Below are positions 25,388 to 37,822 of a stretch of 64,000 bases of DNA, piece after piece. This DNA comes from Octopus sinensis. Its lineage: Eukaryota. Location of the stretch: positions 76,756,001 through 76,820,000 of the forward strand of contig NC_043005.1 in NCBI RefSeq assembly GCF_006345805.1. The letters run 5' to 3'. The notes under the pieces were generated by a model. The model was not told the DNA's origin, did not search any database, and saw nothing but the letters and a program-made list of their open reading frames with translations. The translations under genes and the position numbers were made by a program. The stretch's first letter is position 1. Each line of letters opens with the position of its first letter.

Positions 25388-28329
25388 CGTGATTTCTACG
25401 TTATATCCCATTCAGTAACATCATGTTTTGTAAAATGAATTTACGAAAATGTTTCTGAAACTGTTTTAGCATTTATTACACAAACGCCATTTTGTAGTGT
25501 AACAAAGAGTATTTTTAGTTACAGAGTTTCTCTGTTGCATAGATATTGACAATATCAATTTTTTTTAGCAGCGTGTTGCATGTCACTGCTGTGGATATTT
25601 GTTTAATATTTACTCATTATTTTATACTGCAAATTGTGAACAATAGCGCTGTTGTTTACAGGTTTTGAATAGGATAATCGCTATTTCACTGCTTTTCTGG
25701 GGGCCATAGTGACAAACGTTTTGTAACTGGATGCAGAACAAATATGATGACATTCCACTTTTTTCAACTTTTCTTGTCGATGTCTGTATCCTTCACTAAT
25801 ATACAACGGCGAAAGACTCACCCCTGCAGATATATTTATGACTGTTTTCTTCATATTCTTAAGATGTAGTCACCATTGATGAAATATCGGTGACCAATGT
25901 ATATGAATAAACTTTATATTCAACATCACATTCTTTTGGTAATTGTGAAATGACTAAGTAGATATTTTGTGCATACATACATACATACATACATACATAC
26001 ATACATACATACATACATACATACATACATACACACATGCGCACACATTTGTGTATACGCGGAAAAGGTTAACAATTACTTCAAAGTTTTAACATCCATC
26101 GTTTGTTAGCGCCTGGTTCGCTGAAACTTCGAAGCCCCTGTCAAACTATTCCGGTTATTTCTGGAATTCATCTACAGGGGATTATACTGGAGCAAGGTAA
26201 AACGACGTGCTTTGCTCAAGAACACAATACACAAACCGGTATTGTACAATCGTGAAGGCAGAACTCTAATCACTAAGCTACGCGCCTTCACATATTACTG
26301 CTAGGTAACTTCTAACTCGTTGATATTTGTATGAAAGATAGTTTTATCAGATTATAATATGACATATAAAAATAAATAGTGAAAAGAAATACTTCGTCAC
26401 AGTTGTCCTAACAAATACGACCTATACAGTTTTTAGATCAAGATTATAGATAAGTCGTTTTACTTGAAGCGAAATGGCCGAGTGGATGTAATTGTGAAAC
26501 CTACATTCATGGTTTATGTTCAAATCCACAGCAGGTGTTTCTCTAATTAATTTCTCAGTGCAACACAGCTCACCCACCTGTCGAGGTGGGTTATAGATCG
26601 ATAAATATCTGCGACGAAAGGCATTATATCTATGTATAAATTCATCACTCAGCTAATTATCATAACCGAAGCAAATCATCGACCTGTGTAAGGGACGTTT
26701 TGAGTCAGTAATAATTTACACCAACAATTCGTAATTTTAAAAGTACAGTTTTTACAGCATTTATATTCTCTATGAATTTCGGCCCTAGACCAGCAATTTT
26801 GAGAGGAGAAAAGCTGATTACATCAGTTCCACAGGTACTTCATTTTATCGATTCCGAAACGATGCAAGGTGTAGTTGACTTCAGTAAGATTTGAAACCCA
26901 TTCTATAGTAAAATAACTGACGTGTGGGTTTTCTATTATACGCTAGTCAGACTGAAGAAGAAAAAATGTCAAGCATGAATTTAATAAGTCAAATAACATT
27001 GACTAATTTAAAGAGTATTGTTTGTAATCTGTCTTTAGGACTGTATAATTCAGAATTAAAGGATTAAATGTTTAACAAATGCTTTTTCTTTGTCATTTTT
27101 GTTTACTGCAGATGAGGCTTTAGACTTTAATGTGAAAGATATTCAAACATTGTTGTTAAAATAATGAAACAGCTGTAGGATTTTCCTGGATTATATATAC
27201 ATATGTATGCATAGATAAATATATACATGCATGTATATATATATATTAGACATATGAAAAGAGAGAAAGAGAGAGACACACACATATGAGAACTAATTAT
27301 ATGGTTTCCGTTTGAAGGGTAAACCAGTGATTTGTCTACAAAGATTAATCCATAGATTAAGCGAACAGCTGATGGCTGTGAGGATACCCTCAGTTTCAAA
27401 TAGAGAGGAAGTAGTGGCATGCATGGGTTTTCAGCAAGCGGGGCATTCTAAACTAATCTAATAATACGTTAAATATTCGGCAGATCGCCAGACTGTTAAA
27501 TATGTCCAATAATCTTCAATTAGTGCAGGATTAAATTCTAGTAAGTCGCATAAGATAATTGGAGCCATTATAAACAAGCCAAGCAATTAGATTAGTCGCT
27601 GGTACAAAAAGAGAAAGTAATGATTACAAAATTTATAACCACGTCTGCTGTATTGAATTTAGAAGTAATCTAATCATCTAATATATGTTAAAAACGTAGG
27701 GTTAGTACGTTTGACTGCTATAAAAATATATTTAGTTTTGAAAAAGAGTTTAAATATGTAAATTTAAAATTTAAAGCATTTTTAATCCTGTAAATAGTTG
27801 TTCACAGCAATAACACTAAAACCAATGACAAAGTACTGCTAATGATGTTAATTTATATTGGTTAATAGAGTCTTGATAAACATGAAGCTAGAGACACTAC
27901 AACAACGGTGACCGTGTCAACTGTATTTTTAAGATTTCGTCAGAAAGAAGCAATGGCCATGGCTTCGGTATGATGCCCGAGACTAGTACGATACAATTAA
28001 TGTTCTTATACGATACAAGTAATGTTCTTATATTTTGAACATATGTAAGTCGACAAGTGAAAGAAACGTTGGAGAAGGTGAAATTACAGAGGGTTGATGA
28101 TACATTAAAGACTAATGGGCAAGGTGGTTAGCTCGAAGCTGAGAGCGGAAGATGCAGTGAGAGTGAAATGATGACAGAGGACGTGTACCAGGTAGGTTGG
28201 GGATCGAAGAGTATGTTACGTGCTACTTTTGAAAACAAGTCACTTCCGTGACCAAAGCGCAGTGAGGGAATAACATGTCATATGTCAGATAGGTTCCAAA
28301 GTATCACCTCAGCAATTTTAATATTCATT

Positions 28330-28745
28330 TCTAATTTGAGGACAAGGTTAATTTCGAGAGGAGGGATTACATCGTCGCCAGTGCGTAACTGGTACTTATT
28401 TAATCGACCCCGAAAGGATGAAAGGCAAAGTCAACCTTGGCGGTGTGCGAATTCAGAACGTAGTCATATTTGTGATAGCTGTTTAGTGATTCTTGTTGAG
28501 GTGGATTTAGAGAAGTGATCGAGTCACAAGAATAGTCAATATTATTAGTGGTGTATCAGAACACTGGGTAAAATGCAAGGTACCATTTAGTTCGTCGATA
28601 CGTTCTGGGTTCAAATTCCGCCTTAGTCGATTTTACTTTTCATGTTTTCAGGGTTGGTAGAAGAAGTCCCAGTTGAGCACTTGGGCGATGTCATCGACTC
28701 ATCCCTCCCCCGAAATTGCTGGCCTGGTACCAAAGTCTGAAAACG
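28330..28745. mobile_element. Two family A SINE copies in opposite orientation
   Basis: 28330-28470 minus (gtgcgtaactggtacttatttaatcgaccccgaaaggatgaaaggcaaag). 28590-28745 plus (gttcaaattccgcc...ccctcccccgaaattgctggcc). Confidence 0.7.
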
Positions 28746-29354
28746 ATATTATCAGTGATATTAAAGATGTTAATACTATCATCGGTATATGAATGATGAA
28801 GATAATTTAGCAGAGGTCGTTGCAATGAGCAGTGGCATTATTAATCATTCTACTTATAGCGGCTTGAAAGACATCTAAATGGTATTAACTGCCAAATATG
28901 TAGCAAATAAGAGAAGATGATCGTATTACTAGCAATTGTTGTACGAGATGTCTTTGCTGTTAGTGGTGGTCGTTGTATGGGAAGTTGTACTGCTGCTTAT
29001 GTGGTTTATACTTAGATTAACAGTGATTATTCCAGCGGTGTTGAAGTATAGGATATCTAATTCTATATTACAAATGTTGTCTTTTCTTTTAAGGTAGTAG
29101 AATATATATATTGGAGATATTTTGGTGTTATTTTTTGCAGGCTGACCAACCAGATATAGTTTTCCTCATTGCGAGTAATAAACAACTATATCGATTTCAA
29201 ATTTTAGCACAAAGCCAGCAATTTCGATGCAGTGGGTAAGTAGATTGCTTGGACCCTTCTGCTTAAATAGTATTTAATTTGAATTCAGAACATAGAGCAT
29301 TTTACCCGTCATGCAAACGGTTCTACCAGGTCACCGACTTAGTAAACGGTAATA

Positions 29355-29740
29355 TTCTTTTCTACTCTAGGCACACAACCCGAAGGTTTGGGGGTAGGGG
29401 CCAGTCGATTAGATCGACTTCAGTGCGCAATTGGTACTTAGTTAATCGACCCCGAAAGAATGAAAAGCAAAGTCGATCTCGGCGGAATTTGAACTCAGAA
29501 CGTACTGGCAGACGATCTACCTATTTCTTTACTACCCACAGAGAAGACAAACAAGGACAGACAAAGGGATTAAGTCGATTACATCGACCCTAGTACACAA
29601 TTGGCACTTAATTTATAGACCCCGAAAGGATGAAAAGCAAAATCGACCTCGGAGGACTTTGAGCTCAGAACGTAAGGAGAGACGAAATACTACTAAGCAT
29701 TTCACCTGGAACGCTAACGTTTCTGCCAGCTTGCCGCCTT
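29355..29740 (-). mobile_element. Family A SINE dimer with two different 3' tails
   Basis: The unit at 29522-29740 has the gtttgtc...gtgggtagtaaagaaata tail. The unit at 29355-29521 has the cccc...gggttgtgtgcctagagtagaaaagaa tail. Joined at gacgatctacc|tatttc. Confidence 0.75.
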
Positions 29741-30066
29741 TCGAACAGAATATATTGTGTTAATTCTTTCACCTCTTTGTGTTCTGAGTTCAAATTATGG
29801 TTTCGGTTAAATTTGCCATTCACTCAACCGAGGTTGCTAAAATAAGATACCAGTCAAGTACTCTGAACGACATAATAGGCTATTCACTTTCCTCAAATTT
29901 CAACTCTGGCTACAAACACTATGAATATTGGTTATAGTTGTGGTGGCGGTGGTAATCATTCTTCTGATAATGTACAATCAATCAGTAGCAATCAATACTG
30001 GCCGCTAGAAGTGTTCCTCTTGCTGCTGTAAGCAATATAGCGTTGACTGTGTGTAATGAGGATAGC

Positions 30067-30109
<43 letters not shown>

Positions 30110-30469
30110 TCTCTCTCACTCTCTCTCTCTCTCTCTTTCTCTTATACACACACACATACATATATAACACAAAAAAATCTACCTAATCCAAATAGTTTGA
30201 TAAGCAATTAACCGATGTATAGAAATCTTAACCTTCAAGTAATATGTATCACACTTGGACTAACAAATCTGGATTATCTTGTTCTCTCACGCATAATAAT
30301 TACTCGCTGGCGTCATGAAATCTATTTCTCTCTCCTCTCACATCCTCTCTTCTCCTCTTTCTTCTCTCTCTTTCTCTCCTTTCATTCTAAATGTACACCC
30401 TCGCACACACTATACATAAATATAGACACATATACTATATATGTATGTATGTATATGTATATATGTATG

Positions 30470-30535
<66 letters not shown>

Positions 30536-31393
30536 CGTCAGGAAATATATGTCAGCCTCACTCGTTTATTTGATTAACGCAGTCGATTCTTTCTCTTCAA
30601 GGTGTGCACATATAATGCGATATATATTGATAAATGTTTATATACTAGAAAATTACCCGTCATATAACGTGTAATCTTGAATGTATACGATGGGTAATAT
30701 TATGAAATATAGCATACACTTGATAATTATAATTTAACTTTTATCAAATTCCTTGATAGTTACGCAGAATAATGAAATGAATACTAAATTTCAAAAGAAA
30801 AATCTCCTCCTATAACGACTCTTTCTCCGCCTTCCTCTTCCTCCTCATTCTCGTCAATGATGCTTTGACTCTCACTGTGTGTATTGCGTTGCTTTACTCG
30901 TTGCCTGTCACCAAGCCTAGTATGTGCACTTTTATATTCACTCTCTGTATGTTTCTTTTAGCCTCTCTACCCTTCACCCTCTAGGACGTATGGCGTTAAT
31001 GGAGAATTCAACCAGCAAACAGATATATCGGCCATTATGATATACAGATTCTTGCATATACACATATTTCACATACACATACGCACACACTATTCCAGTA
31101 ACTCTCTCAATCTCTTACACCCCCACAGAATCGTTATCACGCCGCCTTCGCGTCAGGGGTTGATAAAATAAGTACCAGTCGAATACTGGGGTTGACTTAG
31201 ACCCTCCTCCGAAGTTGTTGGCCTTGTGCCAAAATTTGAAACCATTACTATTATTATCATTATTATATCATTACTGATAGTGGTGGTGGTGGTGATAGTA
31301 GTAGTAGTAGTAGTAGTGGTGGTATTGGTGGCGGTAGTAGTAGTAGTAGTGGTGGTGGTGGTATTAGTAGTAGTAGTGGTGGTGGTGGTGGTA

Positions 31394-31424
<31 letters not shown>

Positions 31425-32112
31425 ATCTACATCAGTTTAAAAGTTCGAGAAACCCATTTTTATTTGAATCAGTATAATTTGGTAGAGGCGTCAATATGTC
31501 GGCGCTTTATTGCGTTAATGTTCAAGAGGTGTAAATTTTAACTTATACCTTAACTCTCGATATATACGCTATGGGAGAGTATTGATTTCTGCAAGCAATC
31601 ATCAACCGACTAGTCGCTGCTATCGTTGCTGCTTATCCCCCAAGTAACCTTTTAATAAGCAGTTCTCTTAACAGAGATATTCCAGACTTCGTGGCCTCCT
31701 CTTAAATTCAGGTAATGCTTTTATGAATATGAAGCAGTGAGCTAGCTAGATTGTAGCACCCTGGTCTTCTTTGTTTTAAAATTTAGTTAGAGTATTTATA
31801 ACTGTAAGACGCTGAGCTAGCAGAAGCGTTAGCACAGCTGGCAAGTTACTTAGCAACGTTTCTTTCGTCACTTTACATTTCGAATTCAAATCATGCAGAA
31901 GACACTTTTGTCTCTCATTCCTTTCAGAGTCGATAAAATAAAGTACTAGTCATTTACTGGAGTAAACGTAATCAACGTGTTCCTCTCCCGTTAGAATTGC
32001 TGGCCTCGAACCCTGTAAAGGACCGGCGTGACGATCAGGTGGAAAGCTTGTACACCGTAGAAATCGAGTAACCAGCCTGAATCTTAAGATCAAGAGAAAT
32101 TAAAAAAAGATC

Positions 32113-32491
32113 GAGTGGCTGTGTGGTAAGTAGCTTCCTTACCAACCATATGATCCCGGGTTCATTCCCACAGCGTGGCATCTTGGGCAAGAGTCTTCTA
32201 CTGTAGCCTCGGGCCGAACAAAGCCTTGTGAGTGGACTTGGTAGACAGAAACTGTATATATATGTATGTGTGTGTATATGTTTGTGTGTCTGTGTTTGCC
32301 CCCCCCCCCCCCGCCAACATCGCTTGACAACCGATGGTGGTTTGTTTACGTCCTTGTAACTTAGCGCTTCGGCAAAGGAGACCGATAGAATAAGTACTAG
32401 GCTTAGAAAGAATAAGTCCTGGGGTCGATTTGCTTGACTGAAAGCGGTGCTCCAGCATGGCCGCAGTCAAATGACTGAAACAACTAAAGAG
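32113..32491 (+). mobile_element. Family B SINE, near full length
   Basis: gtggctgtgtggtaagtagcttccttaccaaccatatgatcccgggttcattcccacagcgtggcatcttgggcaag ... catggccgcagtcaaatgactgaaacaactaaag. Confidence 0.88.
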
Positions 32492-33016
32492 TATGACAAC
32501 GGCTCTTACTTTTTTATTCTTAGGCGATAGCGTCTGAACGTTGGAAATTCGGCTGCTCTTTCTAGCGGGACCAGCAACCAATAACTCAAGCATCAACAAC
32601 AAATCGCCAATTAAACTATTTTATTGCTTTGCCTGACAGAGTGCAAAATTTCCCGTTTTGGAAGTTAATTTGCCTTGTAGAGAGTCTCTTTCAATTCGTG
32701 CCGCAACGTCAAGACCTAATGCGAGACTTGTGTATTTTCTTCTCTTGTCATCGATATTGTTTCTTCTTCAGCAATTAAAATCCCTGCGTTTATAGCCAAG
32801 ATATATGATTTCAAGTCTACACAACTGAGAGCTCTAAACAGTAACAGTTATATATGGAAATAATGGATGCTTTGTTAGCTTTACAGCGTTAGAATAAAGA
32901 GTCTAGCATATGAGAGTCATAACAGAAACACTAATAGCACTGTTATAGTAAATGGGTCGATTACTCATAAATGATTAGTTCAAGAATTGGTGAATTAACT
33001 TGTCTATATATATATC

Positions 33017-33616
33017 TATTTCTTTATTGCCCACAGCAGGCTAAACATAGAAGGGACAAACAAGGATAGACAGAGGGATTAAGTCGATTATATCGACCCC
33101 GGTGCGTAATTGGTACTTAGTTAATCGACCCCGAAAGGATGAAAGGCAAAGTCGACCTCGGCGGAATTTGAACTCCGAACGTAACGGCAGACGAAATACC
33201 TATTTCTTTACTATCCACAAGGGGCTAAACACAGAGAGGACAAACAAGGACAGACAAACGGATTAAGTCGATTATATCGACCCCAGTGCGTAACTGGTAC
33301 TTAAATTATCGACCCTGAAAGGATGAAAGGCAAAGTCAGCCTTGGCGAATTTTGATCTCAGAAGTTAGCGACGGGCGAAATATCTATTTCTTTACTATCC
33401 ACAAGGGGCTAAACACAGAGAGGACAAACAAGGACAGACAAACGGATTAAGTCGATTATATCGACCTCAGTGCGTAACTGGTACTTAATTTATCGACCCC
33501 GAAAGGATGAAAGGCAAAGTCGACCTCGGCGGATTTTAAACTCAGTACGTAGCGACGAGCGAAACTCCGCTAAGCATTTCGTCCAGCGCGCTAACGATTC
33601 TGCCAGCTCACTGCCT
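33017..33616 (-). mobile_element. Family A SINE trimer inside one 17-bp TSD
   Basis: TSD ttaacttgtctatatat at 32995-33011 and 33617-33633. Unit starts at 33017, 33201 and 33385 (184-bp period). Confidence 0.9.
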
Positions 33617-33911
33617 TTAACTTGTCTATATATCACCACTATGTCTAAATACTGGGAGGTTTTTCTTTTTATAGTCCAACTGAATAACTGCGTGAAAGAC
33701 TCTGCCCCTATTAACTAACTCATTTACATATAAACTATATGTAACTGGGTCATACAGCTATTTGCTTAGACTATAAAATATTTCTTGTATTTCTCTAATG
33801 ATGACGTTAAGTATATATGTACGTGCCCTGTGCGTTTGCGCGTGTGTGTATATATATATATGAATGCATTTATGTATACAGATATGTATATATATGTAAG
33901 CATGTATATAT

Positions 33912-33964
<53 letters not shown>

Positions 33965-34230
33965 TATATATATATATACACACACTTTCACAATTTGTGC
34001 TTTTATGTGTGTAATGAGAAGGTTCTGTGTCAATAAATACGTAAATATATGTTGTCTGTTCCTACAGAACGTGTTTTGTCACGGTATATCTTAATTGCTT
34101 GGGAAGTATGTGTCTATAACATTTGAAGCTCAATCAAGAAATGGTTTTGTCATTTCTAGTTCAAAATTGAAACACACCTGTATGGAAAACTCTGTATGTT
34201 ACACTTTTGGTGTCGATCACTTACTCTTGA

Positions 34231-34431
34231 CTCTTTTACTTGTTGCAGTCATTCGACTGCGGCCATGCTGGAGCACCGCCTTTAGTCTAGCAAATCGACC
34301 CCAGGACTTATTCTTTGTAAGCATAGTACTTATTCTATCGGTCTCTTTTGCCGAACCGCTATGTTACGGAAACGGAAACATACCAGCATCGGTTGTCAAG
34401 CAATGTTGGGAGGACAAACACAGACACACAA

Positions 34432-34475
<44 letters not shown>

Positions 34476-34640
34476 ACATATATGCGAGGGGCTTCTTTCA
34501 GTTTCCGTCTACCAAATCCACTCACAAGGCTTTGGTCGGCCCGAGGCTATAGTAGAAGACACTTGCCCAAGGTGCCACGCAGTGGGACTGAACCTGGAAC
34601 CATGTGGTTGGTAAGCAAGCTACTTACCACACAGTCACTC
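34231..34640 (-). mobile_element. Family B SINE, near full length
   Basis: Reverse complement of the 32113-32491 family, including the head gagtgactgtgtggtaagtagcttgcttaccaaccacatggttccaggttcagtccc. Confidence 0.9.
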
Positions 34641-34738
34641 AATGGGACCCAAATTGTCAATATTTAGTCACTCACATCATAAATGTTCCGTTGGAATTCT
34701 TTAACCAGTTTCAAAATAATAACCTTATTTATGTTTTA

Positions 34739-34781
<43 letters not shown>

Positions 34782-35480
34782 TGTGTGTATTTCTGTGTAT
34801 GCTAGAATTCTGTCGGCACTGATCGAAGAGACTATGCTCAGAGATATTAAAATATTGGCAATAAATAAATAAATGGACGATGCATCAGAAGAGATTTCAG
34901 TTATCTTAAATTTCACTAGAGATTGTACTGCTTTATATAGCAGGTCGAGCGACTACGCAGAGAAACCCTAGCTGCCTGAGAAATATAACATATTTAAATA
35001 TATGAGAGCGAACAGCGAAGAACGAGAAATAATTTTCCCGGGAAGTTTTCCCTATATTAGCAAAATCATTGACACAGCTGTATCTTGCATAAATTAATGC
35101 AAATGAAATGAAGGCTACAAAGTGCGATGGGAAAGAAGATATGCAAATCAGAATGCAGTTTGGTCTGTTTGTGCTATAGCAATAAATATGTTAATACGAT
35201 ATGTCTTCTTTGATTGGTGTTATAAACTCCCTCGCACTTTCGGTCTTTTGTGATCATTCATTTAATATAGAAGTCAAGAGAGATAAAGGGGAGATAAATG
35301 ACAATTTATAGCGGTGAAGCTATTACTTCTTTCTGAGTAGAAATCTCACCGGGTTTGTTTTTCTCTTTTATCATTTAATGAGCAAAATGATAAATGAATA
35401 AATAAATAAATAAATAAATAAATAAACTCAAGTTATAGAGTCAGTCATCTAAACCAATCGCTGTTTATTCTTGTTTTTGT

Positions 35481-36235
35481 AATGGCTTTATGGTTGGAAA
35501 TTTTGTTTTCGACCGCAAGGTTTCGGGTTCAGTCCCGCTGCGTGATACCTTAGGCAAGTGTCTCTTATTATATAGCCCCGGGCCGACCAAAGTACTGAGA
35601 GTGCATTTGGTAAACGGAAACTGAAAGAAATTCGTCGTATACATGTATGTCTTTGTGTTTGTGTTGTCTATCCCCCACCCATCGTCGGACAACCGGTACT
35701 GTTTTGTTTATGTCCCTGTAACTTTGTAGTTCAGCAAAGAGATCGATGAAATACGTACAAAACTTTAAAACCTGGGGTCTTGAGTTGTTCAATTAAACCC
35801 TTCGAGGCGATGCCCCATATGACCGCAGTCCAATGATAGAAATTAATAAAACATAGATAACAGAAAGATTATATCTCAGTACATAGGCGCAGTGGTTCTC
35901 GGTTCAATCCTACCGCGTGACACCTTGGGCAAGGGTCTTCTGCTATAGCCTCGGGGCAATCAAAGCCTTGTGAGTGGATTTGGTTGACGGAAAGTGAAAG
36001 AAGTACATGTTTGTGTGTCTGTGCTTGCCCCACCCCCACCCACCTACACTACCATCGCTTGACAACCGATGTCGGGTGTTTACGTCCCCGTAACTTAGCG
36101 GTTCGGCAAAAGAGACTTATAGAATAAGTACTAGGTTTACAAAGAATCAGTTCTGGGGTCGATTTGTTCGACTAAAGGCGGTGTTCCAGCATGGCCGCAG
36201 TCAAACGACTGAAACAAATAAAAGAATAAAAGAAT
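35481..36235 (+). mobile_element. Two tandem family B SINE copies
   Basis: 35481-35852 (diverged) and 35885-36235, each with ggttc..tccc...ccttgggcaag.gtc ... catggccgcagtc..a.gactgaaac. Confidence 0.8.
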
Positions 36236-37822
36236 TTAAAAAATAACAATAACGTGCATTGAGACGAAGGGAACTACAACCAGTTCAGATTTTCAGTAAG
36301 ACTGCTTTAAATGTTAGTAATATAAGCTTCAGTATATATTACAAACACGTTCGTGAAAATGAATCAGGAAGTGGTTTCTTTGCTGTATAATTTAACTTAA
36401 TCTTAATCCTACGCCTGTGCCTTGGTTAGTAGCTGATTGGTATCTGTTGTAAGCATTCAGGACAGGTCTCTACTCTGTAGGTAAACTTCTCTCTCCCTTC
36501 TACCCATCAAGGAGACTTTGAAAATGCCCATATGCGCTGCGGTTCCTTATGATTAAGCTATTAGATCGGGTTGGGGGTAATACTGGGCTTTATCAAGTAT
36601 TCATGACGTCTTGGACAACTGAAATTAATATCTCATTGAGGACAGAACAAGACATGTATAATGTGATAGCCATGACGCATTCAGGAAGCAATTTGTCAAT
36701 TGTATCATATCACAATTTTCAATTCGACATTATTGTTTCAGAATTGACAAATTAGTGATGTCAAGAACGTTTTTTCCTTTCATGAATTTCCATGACAGGA
36801 TCTTAAGAAATGCAGAGGGACATCATGATTGAAATATACGTCAGTAATGTTGGGAAAACAATTGTTGTATCTTACGTATGAAGCCTGGGATGCAAATATC
36901 TCGATTTCTCTTTTATATGCAATAAGAATAAATGAAGATTTCTATCATGCTTTTTATATCTTACAATTAGTGTCACAATTTAAGCGATATGCGGTGTGTT
37001 TGAATTCTATAACAAATGGCTCAGGCCTGAATTAGCAGAGCAATATTAACAAAACGTAACTTGAAAAATCTTTCAATTTATATTTTACCTAATTTCGTGT
37101 TCTCTTGTCATTTATATAATCTTATACATACATATATACATACATACATACACACGAGCCTTATATCTTTGTTGGAAACCGGCTCCCTCCTCAGTGGAAG
37201 ATTTATGATAATTAAAAAATAGAAGAGACTTACATACATACATTTATACTAATATATGTGTGTGTTGTCTACGCTATCCCCATCATCAAGGAAAGGAACT
37301 AGTTTTAAGTGGCAGTTGAACCCTTGCCAGTTTCTCTCTCCATTGGTTGCTTATCTGGTTCTAAATGATTAATACATGTGCCTGTCAGTTTATAACTAAG
37401 TGCAGTATATTTTATATAGTTAGTTCGATAGACAGAAAAGGAAAGAGAGAAGAGAGGGGCAGTTGGTTTTGGTTCAGAACCAAAACTAACAAACCTCGTA
37501 ACCTATTCATTGAAATTGAAACACACTGACACTATGATAATAATATTGATCACCCAGGGCTGCGGAGAGAACTCAAATGCATACGTGAGTATGAAAAGAA
37601 TACAGTAAGCTGGAGAATGGTTTAAAATCGATCTCAGTGCTTTCGTAGCAGTGAACTGCACTCAATCACTCCCTTGTGTGTGCTTCTGTTTGAATTGATG
37701 CATCAGGGATGAATTGTTTTCAGGATGCATACAAAACAACGCTAGTGACAAAAGAGTACTCATCGCCGCCATTTTAACTGGTAGTCCAAAACACTATACT
37801 TTCGATTAAGCACTGATGCTGC

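Noticed and set aside
33017-33616. Regularly spaced repeats suggesting a CRISPR-like array
   Set aside because: The units are 184-bp SINE monomers without unique spacers, in a eukaryotic context with no cas genes.
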